Shown here in pieces: positions 9,003-17,927 of a stretch of 64,000 nt of DNA (position 1 is the stretch's first letter; each line of letters opens with the position of its first letter). The stretch lies in the NCBI GenBank assembly GCA_902799965.1, contig CADCCO010000002.1, forward strand, positions 1,285 to 65,284, read 5' to 3'. The position numbers and the translations under genes were made by a program. The notes beneath the pieces were generated by a model that worked only from the letters and a program-made list of their open reading frames with translations, was not told where the DNA came from and made no database searches. This stretch comes from an uncultured Spirochaetaceae bacterium (GTDB lineage: Bacteria; Spirochaetota; Spirochaetia; Treponematales; Treponemataceae).

Positions 9003-9304
9003 ATTATGAAAGGAAGTAAAAACGCGCGGGCATAATGGGGCGGGAGCCGTGCCGAGCGCGTTAGCGCGAGTGCAAAACCTTTAGAGGCCTCATTCCAAAG
9101 GAATGAGACGCAGAAAAAAAAGACTTAGTGGGGCCCTGTCAGCGAGCCAGCAAGCGATTGGCAGCGCTCGGGAGAGCGCAAGTGGATATTTTCCTATCCA
9201 AAGCGGCTCGTGAGAGCGCAGTTGTATCATTTCTTATAACAAAACGACGGCTTGTCCGTCGTACCCGCCTATACAGCCCGCGCGTTTTTGTTTTTTCTTA
9301 TAAT
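9003..9304 (+). ncRNA. Putative multi-branched structured RNA or MITE-like element (element B)
   Basis: Closing IR AAAAACGCGCGGGC/GCCCGCGCGTTTTT; internal hairpins, including two GCTC-GNRA-GAGC stems 40 nt apart. The family is not recognised. Confidence 0.45.
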
Positions 9305-9396
9305 TTTAGACCGCTCCGTCATTCCGGCCGCCGCAGTATTGAACAAATATTAAAAAAACGTTATAATACAAAAGCAATAACAAAGGTTGAGTGAGC

Positions 9397-10164
9397 ATGG
9401 AAAAGTCAAAAATTCTTATCATCGAAGACGAGCCTCAAATGGCAAGCTTGATTTCGCGCTATGTTGAAAGCGGCGGCATGGACGCAGTTTCCTTTTCCAA
9501 CGCCGAGGACGCGCTTGACTCCATAAAAAAAGACGTTCCGCACGCGGTATTGCTTGACCTGAACTTGCCCGGAATGAGCGGCATGGACTTTTTGCGCCGT
9601 TTCCGCGCCGACGAAAAAAACATTGTTCCTGTAATCGTAGTAAGCGGAAACGACCGCGACGAAGACATAATAGCCGCGCTTGAATTGGGCGCGGACGACT
9701 TTGTCACAAAGCCTTTCAGCCCCCGCGTTTTGCAGGCCCGGCTTTCGGCCGCCTTGCGCCGCGTCGCAAAGACAGAGGCCGCCGTTGAAGAAACGATTCA
9801 GTTTGGCGAATACACGATTTTGGAAAATTCCTGCGTGCTAAAGCGGGGAACGGCGAAAGTCCGCCTTAGCGCCCGCGAATTTGATGTGCTGAACTTTTTG
9901 GCGCGCCACGCAGGCGAAAACCTTTCTCCCGAAAAAATATTCAGCGCCGTTTGGAAAGTCTCGTCTGGCGACATAACGGCGGTGGCCGTATACATTCAGC
10001 GCCTGCGAAAAAAAATCGAAAAAGACCCGCAGAATCCCCGCTACATAAAAACGGTTTTCCGCTACGGCTACAGATTTGAAAGTTCTGAAATCACGAACGG
10101 CGCTAGCGAAGATAGCGACGAAAACGAAAGCGCGGCCGCCGCGAAAAAAACGACTAAAAACTAA
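9397..10164 (+). CDS. Orphan OmpR-family response regulator
   Basis: ILIIEDE, LLDLNLPGMSG, GADDFVTKPF, wHTH YIQRLRKKIE...TVFRYGYRF; TTGAAC-17-TATAAT upstream. Confidence 0.93.
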   Translation: MEKSKILIIEDEPQMASLISRYVESGGMDAVSFSNAEDALDSIKKDVPHAVLLDLNLPGMSGMDFLRRFRADEKNIVPVIVVSGNDRDEDIIAALELGADDFVTKPFSPRVLQARLSAALRRVAKTEAAVEETIQFGEYTILENSCVLKRGTAKVRLSAREFDVLNFLARHAGENLSPEKIFSAVWKVSSGDITAVAVYIQRLRKKIEKDPQNPRYIKTVFRYGYRFESSEITNGASEDSDENESAAAAKKTTKN

Positions 10165-10182
10165 AGCGCTTTTGCCATTCCC

Positions 10183-11121
10183 CTACTTTTTAACCCAAGA
10201 CACGTCCAAGCTGGCAGGCTCCACAGAAGCGCCGTTTTGGACTAACGTTTTTTTCTTTCCGACAAGGCTTCCGCCGGAAGAAAGAGTCAAATTCCATTCA
10301 ATCGGAAAAGCGCTTTCGGCGCAATTTAAAATCACTTGCCTGTCGATGTCCGGATAAAACGACGCGTTGAATTTGTCGCGCTGGACGATTCGAACCGACG
10401 CGCCTCCCTCTTGCGGGAAAACCGAAACGTTCATCGTGGCGCCGTTGTTAAAGACAATAAAGCCGCGTCCGCTTCTTAAGAGAATTATTTTGCTGGCGTT
10501 TTTTTCGCCGCCCCAAGAGCCGGCCAAGCTTTCGGCTCCGCCCTCGGAGGCTTCGGCGCCGGAAACCGCTTGCGCTTTTTGCGCGGACGCGGCTTGTTCG
10601 TCCGAGCCGCCCGACGCTTGGGAAACCACGCGCTGGATCATCGATTTTGCGTCGGTCAAAATTTTATAGTAGGAGTCGTATTCTTTTTCAGTTGAATAGA
10701 CTTCCCCGCTTTCAAGGTTCTTTACGGAAAAGGCGCAAGACCATTTTTCGTCGCTGCGCGGCCTGTAAACGCGGGCGGCAAAGAGCAAGGAATTTTCCGG
10801 CGAAACCTGCTCCTGCGCGGAATTGAAAAAGGCTTCGCATTTTGGGTCGCTTTGGATTTGCGTGTAGGAGATTTTTATTTCGTCGTCGCGGCGGTCAAAA
10901 GTCTCAAGGCTTTGAATGCCGCGCAGCTGGGCAAAGAACAAGTCCTGCGTTATGTTGAGCATGTTTTGGTCGTTGACGTTGGTAAGAACGCCGTAATAGT
11001 AAAGCTTGAATTTTTGCGCCGCGTCCTGGGCGGACAAAAGCGCCGGCGCCAATAAAGACGCGTTCGCCAAAAGCAAGGCAAAGAGGAAGATAATTTTTGA
11101 AAAAAATCCGCCCTTATTCAT
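10183..11121 (-). CDS. Secreted treponemal conserved protein downstream of smpB
   Basis: 312-aa ORF with a signal peptide; overlaps the smpB stop. Confidence 0.75.
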   Translation of the reverse strand: MNKGGFFSKIIFLFALLLANASLLAPALLSAQDAAQKFKLYYYGVLTNVNDQNMLNITQDLFFAQLRGIQSLETFDRRDDEIKISYTQIQSDPKCEAFFNSAQEQVSPENSLLFAARVYRPRSDEKWSCAFSVKNLESGEVYSTEKEYDSYYKILTDAKSMIQRVVSQASGGSDEQAASAQKAQAVSGAEASEGGAESLAGSWGGEKNASKIILLRSGRGFIVFNNGATMNVSVFPQEGGASVRIVQRDKFNASFYPDIDRQVILNCAESAFPIEWNLTLSSGGSLVGKKKTLVQNGASVEPASLDVSWVKK

Positions 11122-11578
11122 TCAGCCTTTTTTTAAACTCCCTGGCCAGCATTCTGTCCGCGTCGCGGGCTTTTATCGTTTCGCGCTTGTCAAAGGCCTT
11201 CTTTCCTTTGCAAACGCCCAGCGTCATTTTTACAAGGCCCGCCTTTAAGTAAAAGTCCAAGGGTATCAGGGTGTAGCCCTTTTCTTCAACCTTGCGCGAA
11301 AGCCGTTTGATTTGTTCCTTATGAAGCAAAAGCTTTTTGGCGCGGTCGGGGTTGTGGTTGAATATGCTGGAATACGAGTATTCCGAAATGTGAAGGCCCT
11401 TGACCCAAACCTCGCCGTTTATAATTTCGGCAAAAGCGTCCGGAAACGAAAACTGCCCCGCCTTGACGCACTTGACTTCCGTGCCTTCAAGGGCGATTCC
11501 GCATTCAATCGAGTCCTCTATAAAATAATCAAAGCGCGCCTTTCGATTTTCGGCGATTTTTTTTGAACCTTCTGCCAT
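11114..11578 (-). CDS. smpB: SsrA-binding protein
   Basis: IAENRKARFDY, GIALEGTEVK, KLLLHK, GKKAFDKRETIK. Confidence 0.97.
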   Translation of the reverse strand: MAEGSKKIAENRKARFDYFIEDSIECGIALEGTEVKCVKAGQFSFPDAFAEIINGEVWVKGLHISEYSYSSIFNHNPDRAKKLLLHKEQIKRLSRKVEEKGYTLIPLDFYLKAGLVKMTLGVCKGKKAFDKRETIKARDADRMLAREFKKRLNE

Positions 11579-11673
11579 AACATACTATTATACTACAAAA
11601 ACGCCCATAAATCAAGCGCGGCGCGCCAAAGGCGCGTGTTGAACAAAAGCGCGGATTGCGCTAAATTGTAGCA

Positions 11674-12390
11674 ATGGGGAAAAGCAAAAGCAGAGACATT
11701 TACGAGATTTCCTATTCGCTCAAGCAGGAGCGAAGGAGATTCGTCAGAAACGCGGCATTGTTCGTCGCGGCGTTTTTTTTGGGCATGAACGCGCTTTTGT
11801 CGTTCGTCATCTGCCCCGTTCAGCAAAAATCCCTTTCAATGGAGCCGAACGTTCCTCGCGGAACACTAGTGTTCGCCACGCCGATAAAGACAAAAATCAA
11901 GCGCGGAGAAATCGTTCTCATTTCGCGCGAAGACAAGAGCCTTTCGGCCGCGCAAAAAGCCGCGGACTTTATGATCCGCTCATTTACCTTGCAAAAGCTT
12001 TCGTTCGGCTCGCCCAAAAAAGACATGATGCGGCGAATCGCGGCGCTTCCCGGCGACACGATTTACATGAAAGACTTTATCCTTTACGTCCAGCCAAAAT
12101 CCGAGCGGCATTTTTTCACTGAATTCGAGCTGAACCAAATTCCCTACAGCGTTGACATAAGCGTTCCTCCGGCCAACTGGAGCCCGGAAATTGGCGCGCG
12201 CGGCTCTTTTGACAAGCTGACGCTTGGCGAGGACGAATACTATGTTTTGGGCGACAACCGCCTTTCTTGCATAGACTCGCGCGTTTTTGGAAAAATCGGC
12301 GGCGGGCGAATCAAAAAGCGGGTCTTGATGAATTTCTTTCCGTTCAAGTTCCTTAAAATTTTTGCCGCGTCAAAGCAAGCGCAAAATTGA
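11674..12390 (+). CDS. lepB: Signal peptidase I family protein (box D Lys replaced by Arg)
   Basis: TM followed by SLSMEP, RRIAALPGD and YYVLGDNRLSCIDSRVFG. Confidence 0.8.
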   Translation: MGKSKSRDIYEISYSLKQERRRFVRNAALFVAAFFLGMNALLSFVICPVQQKSLSMEPNVPRGTLVFATPIKTKIKRGEIVLISREDKSLSAAQKAADFMIRSFTLQKLSFGSPKKDMMRRIAALPGDTIYMKDFILYVQPKSERHFFTEFELNQIPYSVDISVPPANWSPEIGARGSFDKLTLGEDEYYVLGDNRLSCIDSRVFGKIGGGRIKKRVLMNFFPFKFLKIFAASKQAQN

Positions 12391-13643
12391 GGCCGCCACT
12401 TTACGTCCATATTCCCTACTGCCTCCAAAAATGCGGCTACTGCGACTTTTTTTCAAGGCCAGCCGCAAGCGTTCCTGCGGAATACGCCAAGGCCGTCGCC
12501 CGGCAAGTTGAATATTTGGCGCGAGAATTTTCCGTTGAAGAATGGAAAAGCGTCTACATCGGCGGCGGGACTCCAAGCCTTTTGGGCGCGGCGGATTTGG
12601 AATTTCTATGCAAGACCATAAAGGCCGGCGCGCCGCTCGCCGAGGATTGCGAATGGACAATCGAGATGAATCCCGGAACAATCTCGCGCGAGCTTTTGGA
12701 GACTGCGAGCGCTTGCGGAATCAACCGCCTTAGCGTTGGAATCCAATGCAAAAAACAAAAAGTCTTGGACGCGATAGGACGGCGCGCGAGCGAGACCGAC
12801 ACCGAGGAAGCGGCGCGATTGATAAAAAACTTTTGGCCGCATGAATGGTCGGCGGACTTGATTGCCGGCCTTCCCTTCCAGACAAAAGAAGACATCGCGC
12901 GCGACATCGATTTTATCGAACAAAACGGGGCCAATCACGTTTCGCTCTACTCGCTCACGCTGGAAGAAGGAACGCCGTTAAAAAGCGCGATTGGCGCGGG
13001 CACAATTCCCTACGACGAGGAAGCGGCGGAGGAACTGTGGCTTGACGGCCGGGACCTTTTGGAAGGGCGCGGTTTTTTGCAATACGAAGTGAGCAACTTT
13101 GCCCGTCCGGGCTTTGAAAGCAAGCACAACTCGGCCTACTGGGCGCAAGAAAGCTATCTTGGCGCTGGAGCCGGCGCGACCGGAACGATTTACGGCTTGC
13201 CTGAAGGATGGCGCTACACAAACGTTTTGGACGCGGCGGCGTATACGGGATATTGGAACTGTGAGCGGTGGCAAGACCATAACGCGCGCGGCGGAAATCG
13301 CTTGCAAGACCGAGACGCGGGCGGCGAACCAAAAGGCTTTACTGACCATAACGTTCGCGCCGCGCTCGCCTTTCCCTGCCAGCCTGAGCCGCTTGACCAA
13401 GCGACGCAAGAGTTCGAATATATTATGCTGACCTTGCGAACCCGGCGCGGCGCGAGCGCGGCGGAATACCAAGCGCGCTACGGCGGAGACCTTGCCGCGC
13501 GGCTAGGCTACAAAGAGCGCTCGCAAGCCCAAAACGCCGGGGCGGCCGCATGGCTTGAAAAACACGAGCGCGATGGCGACGTCTTTTACGCGATGACCCG
13601 CGAAGGCCTATTGTTTTTAAACAGATTCTTGGAGGAACTATGA
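12387..13643 (+). CDS. hemW: Radical SAM heme chaperone
   Basis: YVHIPYCLQKCGYCDF, GGGTPS, YEVSNFA, HNSAYW. Confidence 0.9.
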   Translation: MRPPLYVHIPYCLQKCGYCDFFSRPAASVPAEYAKAVARQVEYLAREFSVEEWKSVYIGGGTPSLLGAADLEFLCKTIKAGAPLAEDCEWTIEMNPGTISRELLETASACGINRLSVGIQCKKQKVLDAIGRRASETDTEEAARLIKNFWPHEWSADLIAGLPFQTKEDIARDIDFIEQNGANHVSLYSLTLEEGTPLKSAIGAGTIPYDEEAAEELWLDGRDLLEGRGFLQYEVSNFARPGFESKHNSAYWAQESYLGAGAGATGTIYGLPEGWRYTNVLDAAAYTGYWNCERWQDHNARGGNRLQDRDAGGEPKGFTDHNVRAALAFPCQPEPLDQATQEFEYIMLTLRTRRGASAAEYQARYGGDLAARLGYKERSQAQNAGAAAWLEKHERDGDVFYAMTREGLLFLNRFLEEL

Positions 13644-14221
13644 AACTTTTTATCTTTGACATGGGCGGAGTCGTGACGACAAACGCGTCCGAAGCCCGCG
13701 GCCGCCCCGCTGCAGCGCTCGGCGTTACGCAAGAAGAAATGGACAACGCGACAGGAGACCTCTTTGACCAGCTTACAGTCGGAAAAATCACCGTAAAAGA
13801 ATTTTGGAAAACTGTCGGCGACAGGCTTGGAAAAACAATCGACACGGATTATTTCCACTTGTTTTTTCACCCAGTGTTAAACGAGGAAACAAAAAAAGTA
13901 ATCGTGGGCTTGCGCGCGCGCGGCCACCGTGTCGTTTGCGGGACAAACACAATCGAGTCGCACTACCTTAACCACATCACGCGCGGCGACTACGCTTTTT
14001 TTGACCAAACCTACGCGTCGCAAATGATGGGCGTGAAAAAGCCTGACCCGCTCTTTTGGAAGCTGATTTTGGACGCGGAAAAATGCGAGCCAAGCGACGC
14101 ATTTTTTGTGGACGACCTAGAAGCCAACGTCCAAGCCGCCGCCGCGCTGGGCATTCACGCCTTTCAGTTTACAAGCGCAAAGGACTTGCGGCGGGCGATA
14201 AAAGAATTTTTGCGCGGCTAA
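13640..14221 (+). CDS. HAD-family phosphatase
   Basis: FIFDMGGV, KKPDP, FFVDD. Confidence 0.9.
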   Translation: MKLFIFDMGGVVTTNASEARGRPAAALGVTQEEMDNATGDLFDQLTVGKITVKEFWKTVGDRLGKTIDTDYFHLFFHPVLNEETKKVIVGLRARGHRVVCGTNTIESHYLNHITRGDYAFFDQTYASQMMGVKKPDPLFWKLILDAEKCEPSDAFFVDDLEANVQAAAALGIHAFQFTSAKDLRRAIKEFLRG

Positions 14222-15127
14222 CTAGTTTGCGCCGGTCTCCGCCTTTAGCCTGATCGCAGGAACGATTCCTCCGCCGGCTGCGGAAACCTTGTCCAAGTCG
14301 CAGGCGTAGCCAAAGTCGGTGACGCCGCGAGCGCTGTCGCAAAAGGAATAGCTTGGAGAGCGCAGCCACCACCAGCCGCCGTAAAGGCCTGTGGAGTCTT
14401 GGCGGACGCCTTGCGCCTTTGCAAAGTCGGTGGCCATTCGGATACGAGCGCTTCCCGCTCCGTAAGAATCGTAAACGCCAAATCCAAAGGCGCTCTTGGT
14501 GGACTCCCGCTCGCTAAGCAAAAAGACCTTGTCGCTTGTGTCCTCGCAATAATATTCGTTTTTTCCGCCGTTCCACAAGACACCCTTTGTGTCGGGATTG
14601 GTGGAGCGCTCGCTGTTGTCCACGACGGACGTTTGGATCCGCCCTTCTTCCTCCGCCGTAAAAGCCGTTTTCAAAAAAGTTTCGTTTAGCCAAGCGCGGA
14701 CTTGGCTATGCTTGTAGTTGTTGGGAAAGATTGTCTGGCCTCCAAGAGTCCGCTCGCCGTCCGCGCCGTCATAGTAAGGGCCGGAAGCCAAGATTTTTTC
14801 TGCCAGCAAAAGCCGCGAGCCTTTTTTGTCTTCCAAAACGCGCCAAGTTATCGGCTCCACCTTGAACCAGTCTTGGCCTAGCCGCGCGTAAAGAGCGCCG
14901 TCGCTCCCCTTGCAATAAAGAAAGGCGCCGACGGCCAACGGCTCGCTCTGGTCAACCAAAACGCCCTCGGCGGCGCGAGTCTGCGGCCAGGAGCCAAATT
15001 CAACGTAAGTCCAAACTACCTCGCTTTGCCAGCTAAAATTTGACAGAAAAGAAAGCGCCGCCGGGAGGCCGACCAAAGCAAGCGCCGTAAATATCAAGGG
15101 CAAAAATTTCCTTACAGTTTTATTCAT
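14222..15127 (-). CDS. Membrane-anchored DUF6273-like protein
   Basis: N-terminal TM; FGSWPQ, KVEPITWRVL, SQVRAWLN, DKVFLLS, WWWLRSP, GIVPAI. Confidence 0.75.
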   Translation of the reverse strand: MNKTVRKFLPLIFTALALVGLPAALSFLSNFSWQSEVVWTYVEFGSWPQTRAAEGVLVDQSEPLAVGAFLYCKGSDGALYARLGQDWFKVEPITWRVLEDKKGSRLLLAEKILASGPYYDGADGERTLGGQTIFPNNYKHSQVRAWLNETFLKTAFTAEEEGRIQTSVVDNSERSTNPDTKGVLWNGGKNEYYCEDTSDKVFLLSERESTKSAFGFGVYDSYGAGSARIRMATDFAKAQGVRQDSTGLYGGWWWLRSPSYSFCDSARGVTDFGYACDLDKVSAAGGGIVPAIRLKAETGAN

Positions 15128-15259
15128 TGCGCAAAATTATCAATCAGCGGCCGCTCTTTTGTCAAGGTACGATGTTGACCTATGGCGCGGCGATTTTGAT
15201 GGGAGGCAATGGTGTTTTTGAGGTGACAACTCAACTAAGCTCTCAACCTGTAAGTTTTT

Positions 15260-16714
15260 TTATTCTATGTCAACACACAAGGCGGGAACTACGCCAGCTT
15301 CAACACTATCTACGGACCGATATTCGCTAGTCCCACCAAATTCATCAACAATACGTGTTTTTGAAGGCGAAGAAAAAATCGGCGAACGTAGCCACCATCT
15401 ACAACCATAATTAACAGCGTAATAAACGTTATTTACAAAATTTGTTTTTAATCGAAGTTTTGTATTTGCAGCTCCGATTCCACCATTATATGAGGAAAAA
15501 CCATAATCTGTTGTTGTCGCTTCCTTTTCACTCAATAAAAAAACATAGTCATAAGTATTTTCACTTGCATATTGATTAACGCCATCATTCCAAGCCAGTT
15601 TCTTTTCACTAATCGAATCATAATTATTTGGCAAAGTAGACCTTTCGCTGTTATCCAAAGAAATTTGAACTATTTTGCTATGCAAGCTTAACGTGAAAGC
15701 CGTGTTATAAAAATCACCGTTTAACCAAGTTCTAATCTCAGAGTTCTTATAAACGTTAGAATTTTTATCATAACTTTTTCCTATCAATACTTTTTCAGCC
15801 AATAATAGTTTCTTTCCCGTCTCATTATAATTTTCAGTAAGAACCCGCCAGTAAATTGGTTCAACTTTATAAAACTTACTATATTTTTTGTAATACCATG
15901 CACCATCACTTCCCCTATTATAAGTATAAGCGCCTACGATTTTAAATTCATTTTCATTCACTGAAACGTCTTCTGATTTTAAAGTTTGAGGCCAATCACC
16001 AAAGGCTACAATATCATATTCCTTATTCTTTATAGTTTTTTTTCCGGTCTTTGTGTAAGAGGTACCATTAAAAACAAAACTCTGCTCAAAAGAAGAAGAA
16101 ATAGTCACGTTGCTTGCTGGCATAATAAACTTTCCATTTGTGACAGTAATAATATTTGAATCTTCATCCGTTACAGAATAAGAGGAAAAAACATAGCCCT
16201 CATCAGGCACATTGGAAAGACAAATTTCAGTTCCAGAAACAGCTGTCGCGGGACTTGCTATGACACGTCCATGCTCGCTAGTCAAAATATAAACACTATA
16301 GACAGGTTCCGCCTTCCATAAAGCATAAAGTGTTCTATCTGCGTCAGCAATATAATCCGTACCATCAGCAAAAGACGATTGAACTGCATCACTTTTTATT
16401 CCCCAGCCTGCAAAATAAAAGCCATCTTTAGAAAAGCCAAGTTCGCTAATTGTCTTTAGCGGTTGAGACGCTCCTTCTGAAAAAACTTGCGTCGCAGTCG
16501 GAGGATTATCACATCCATTATTTGCATTGAACGTTATTGTATACATTACAGTCGTTGGAGTTTGTGGTTGCTCGCTTTGAGGTTCAGACGTTGTCGATGG
16601 AGTTTCGCCTGTGCCAGTGGCAACCGTTCCACCGTTATCTGAAGAATTGGAACAACTAGCAACTAAAACCGCAAAAATAGCGACAAACGAAAAACAATCG
16701 AAAAACTTCTTCAT
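15260..16714 (-). CDS. Lipoprotein with InlB B-type repeats and a C-terminal DUF6273-like domain
   Basis: Lipobox LVASC, Thr/Pro/Gln linker, GFYFAGW repeat, FGDWPQ, WWLRSP, GVVPALC; visibly AT-rich DNA. Confidence 0.8.
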   Translation of the reverse strand: MKKFFDCFSFVAIFAVLVASCSNSSDNGGTVATGTGETPSTTSEPQSEQPQTPTTVMYTITFNANNGCDNPPTATQVFSEGASQPLKTISELGFSKDGFYFAGWGIKSDAVQSSFADGTDYIADADRTLYALWKAEPVYSVYILTSEHGRVIASPATAVSGTEICLSNVPDEGYVFSSYSVTDEDSNIITVTNGKFIMPASNVTISSSFEQSFVFNGTSYTKTGKKTIKNKEYDIVAFGDWPQTLKSEDVSVNENEFKIVGAYTYNRGSDGAWYYKKYSKFYKVEPIYWRVLTENYNETGKKLLLAEKVLIGKSYDKNSNVYKNSEIRTWLNGDFYNTAFTLSLHSKIVQISLDNSERSTLPNNYDSISEKKLAWNDGVNQYASENTYDYVFLLSEKEATTTDYGFSSYNGGIGAANTKLRLKTNFVNNVYYAVNYGCRWWLRSPIFSSPSKTRIVDEFGGTSEYRSVDSVEAGVVPALCVDIE

Positions 16715-16865
16715 AGCATCCCCCTTAAGGCAAAAATCTATCCATTTTTTTTACAAATATGGCTTATTATAGCACATTACTTCCAAATAAACAACCATAT
16801 TTTATAAATATATGGCTTTACAAGATATTTTGATTCTTTCAATTTTAGTCTAAATAATAAAGTGC

Positions 16866-17195
16866 ATGAAAGATTCGGAAATTCAAAAAAGGCTCGCGGA
16901 GAACCTAAAAAGAATAAGAAAGGAAAAAAAACTCACTCAATTCGCGCTTGCGGAAAAAGCGAAGATTTCAGACGAAACAATTAAGAATATAGAACTCTGC
17001 AAAACTTGGACAAGCGAAAAGACTCTTTCCCAACTTACGGACGCATTGGAAGTTGACATTCACAGCCTTTTCATCCCCGTTCCATCCTCTTTTAATAAAA
17101 ATGAATCCGAAGACAAAAAGCGGATAAAAGCGAACATACTGGAAAATCTTCGCCGCTTTGTTGAAACCAGCCTTAAAGAAATCGAGGCGGAGTAA
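16866..17195 (+). CDS. XRE-family HTH regulator
   Basis: NLKRIRKEKKLTQFALAEKAKIS...IKNIE; divergent from the lipoprotein gene. Confidence 0.9.
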   Translation: MKDSEIQKRLAENLKRIRKEKKLTQFALAEKAKISDETIKNIELCKTWTSEKTLSQLTDALEVDIHSLFIPVPSSFNKNESEDKKRIKANILENLRRFVETSLKEIEAE

Positions 17196-17273
17196 AAAAG
17201 CGATTTTCTCGCCTACCTCCTTTTTTTATTTGAAATTGTTGACAAAATCAAATTTTCTTTGTAAAATATCTAT

Positions 17274-17570
17274 ATGAAGTTCACGGTGGAAAAGTTGCCG
17301 CAAGCAGAGGCTGAGATTGAAGCTTTGGAAAAATCCCAGCAAGACTTGTTGCGAAACGAATACTCAAAGATAGAAACACAAGGCATTGAGTTCGTTCGCA
17401 TCAGGCCTCTGCAAAAAGACATTTTTGAAATTAAATCCAACGAACTTCGCTCTTTGTTCAAATACACGGCCGGAAAAATAATTGTGATTGGAGTTGTCTT
17501 TGTAAAGAAAACGCAGAAGACTCCAAAGGACAAGATAAAGCTTGCAAAGCAGAGGCTAAAGGAGGTTTGA
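17274..17570 (+). CDS. RelE/HigB-like (gp49-type) toxin
   Basis: RPLQKDIFEIK...RSLF...FVKKTQKTP..IKLAKQR. Confidence 0.8.
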   Translation: MKFTVEKLPQAEAEIEALEKSQQDLLRNEYSKIETQGIEFVRIRPLQKDIFEIKSNELRSLFKYTAGKIIVIGVVFVKKTQKTPKDKIKLAKQRLKEV

Positions 17571-17572
17571 CT

Positions 17573-17860
17573 ATGAATTATGTTTATGTAAAAGATTCGG
17601 AAGGCTATGTTTCAAAAAAATTGGAATCAGAGGTTTCCGCCGACGAAAAGATAATCTCCGAAAAAGAATACAACAAAAAATCCGGCCTTGCTTTTTACCA
17701 AAAGAAATTCGGTCATGGCGGCGCAAGGGAAAACGCAGGCCGAAAGCAAAAATTCGCTTTGCCATTAAAATTTCAAATCCGCGTGACAAAGGAAGAAAAA
17801 GACTTTATCGCCTATGCGCGCGAGCATAAATTAAACTATTCAGCCTTGATGCAAATGTAA
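17573..17860 (+). CDS. Probable antitoxin of unrecognised family
   Basis: Directly follows the toxin; GGARENAGRK motif followed by a beta-strand/helix C-terminus. Confidence 0.55.
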   Translation: MNYVYVKDSEGYVSKKLESEVSADEKIISEKEYNKKSGLAFYQKKFGHGGARENAGRKQKFALPLKFQIRVTKEEKDFIAYAREHKLNYSALMQM

Positions 17861-17927
17861 AACATCAGCATTCCCACACCTCCACCCCCCACTAGAATTT
17901 TTCCCGCCTTTGCGCTATTGTATTCCT

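Noticed and set aside
9040-9275. Group II intron remnant, SRP RNA or RNase P RNA
   Set aside because: GAGCCGT is present but no domain V stem follows; the SRP GGAA-loop motif and the RNase P GAGGAAAGUCC motif are absent.
14222-16714. Diversity-generating retroelement
   Set aside because: No reverse transcriptase, Avd or near-identical TR/VR pair in the window; the paralogues differ throughout.
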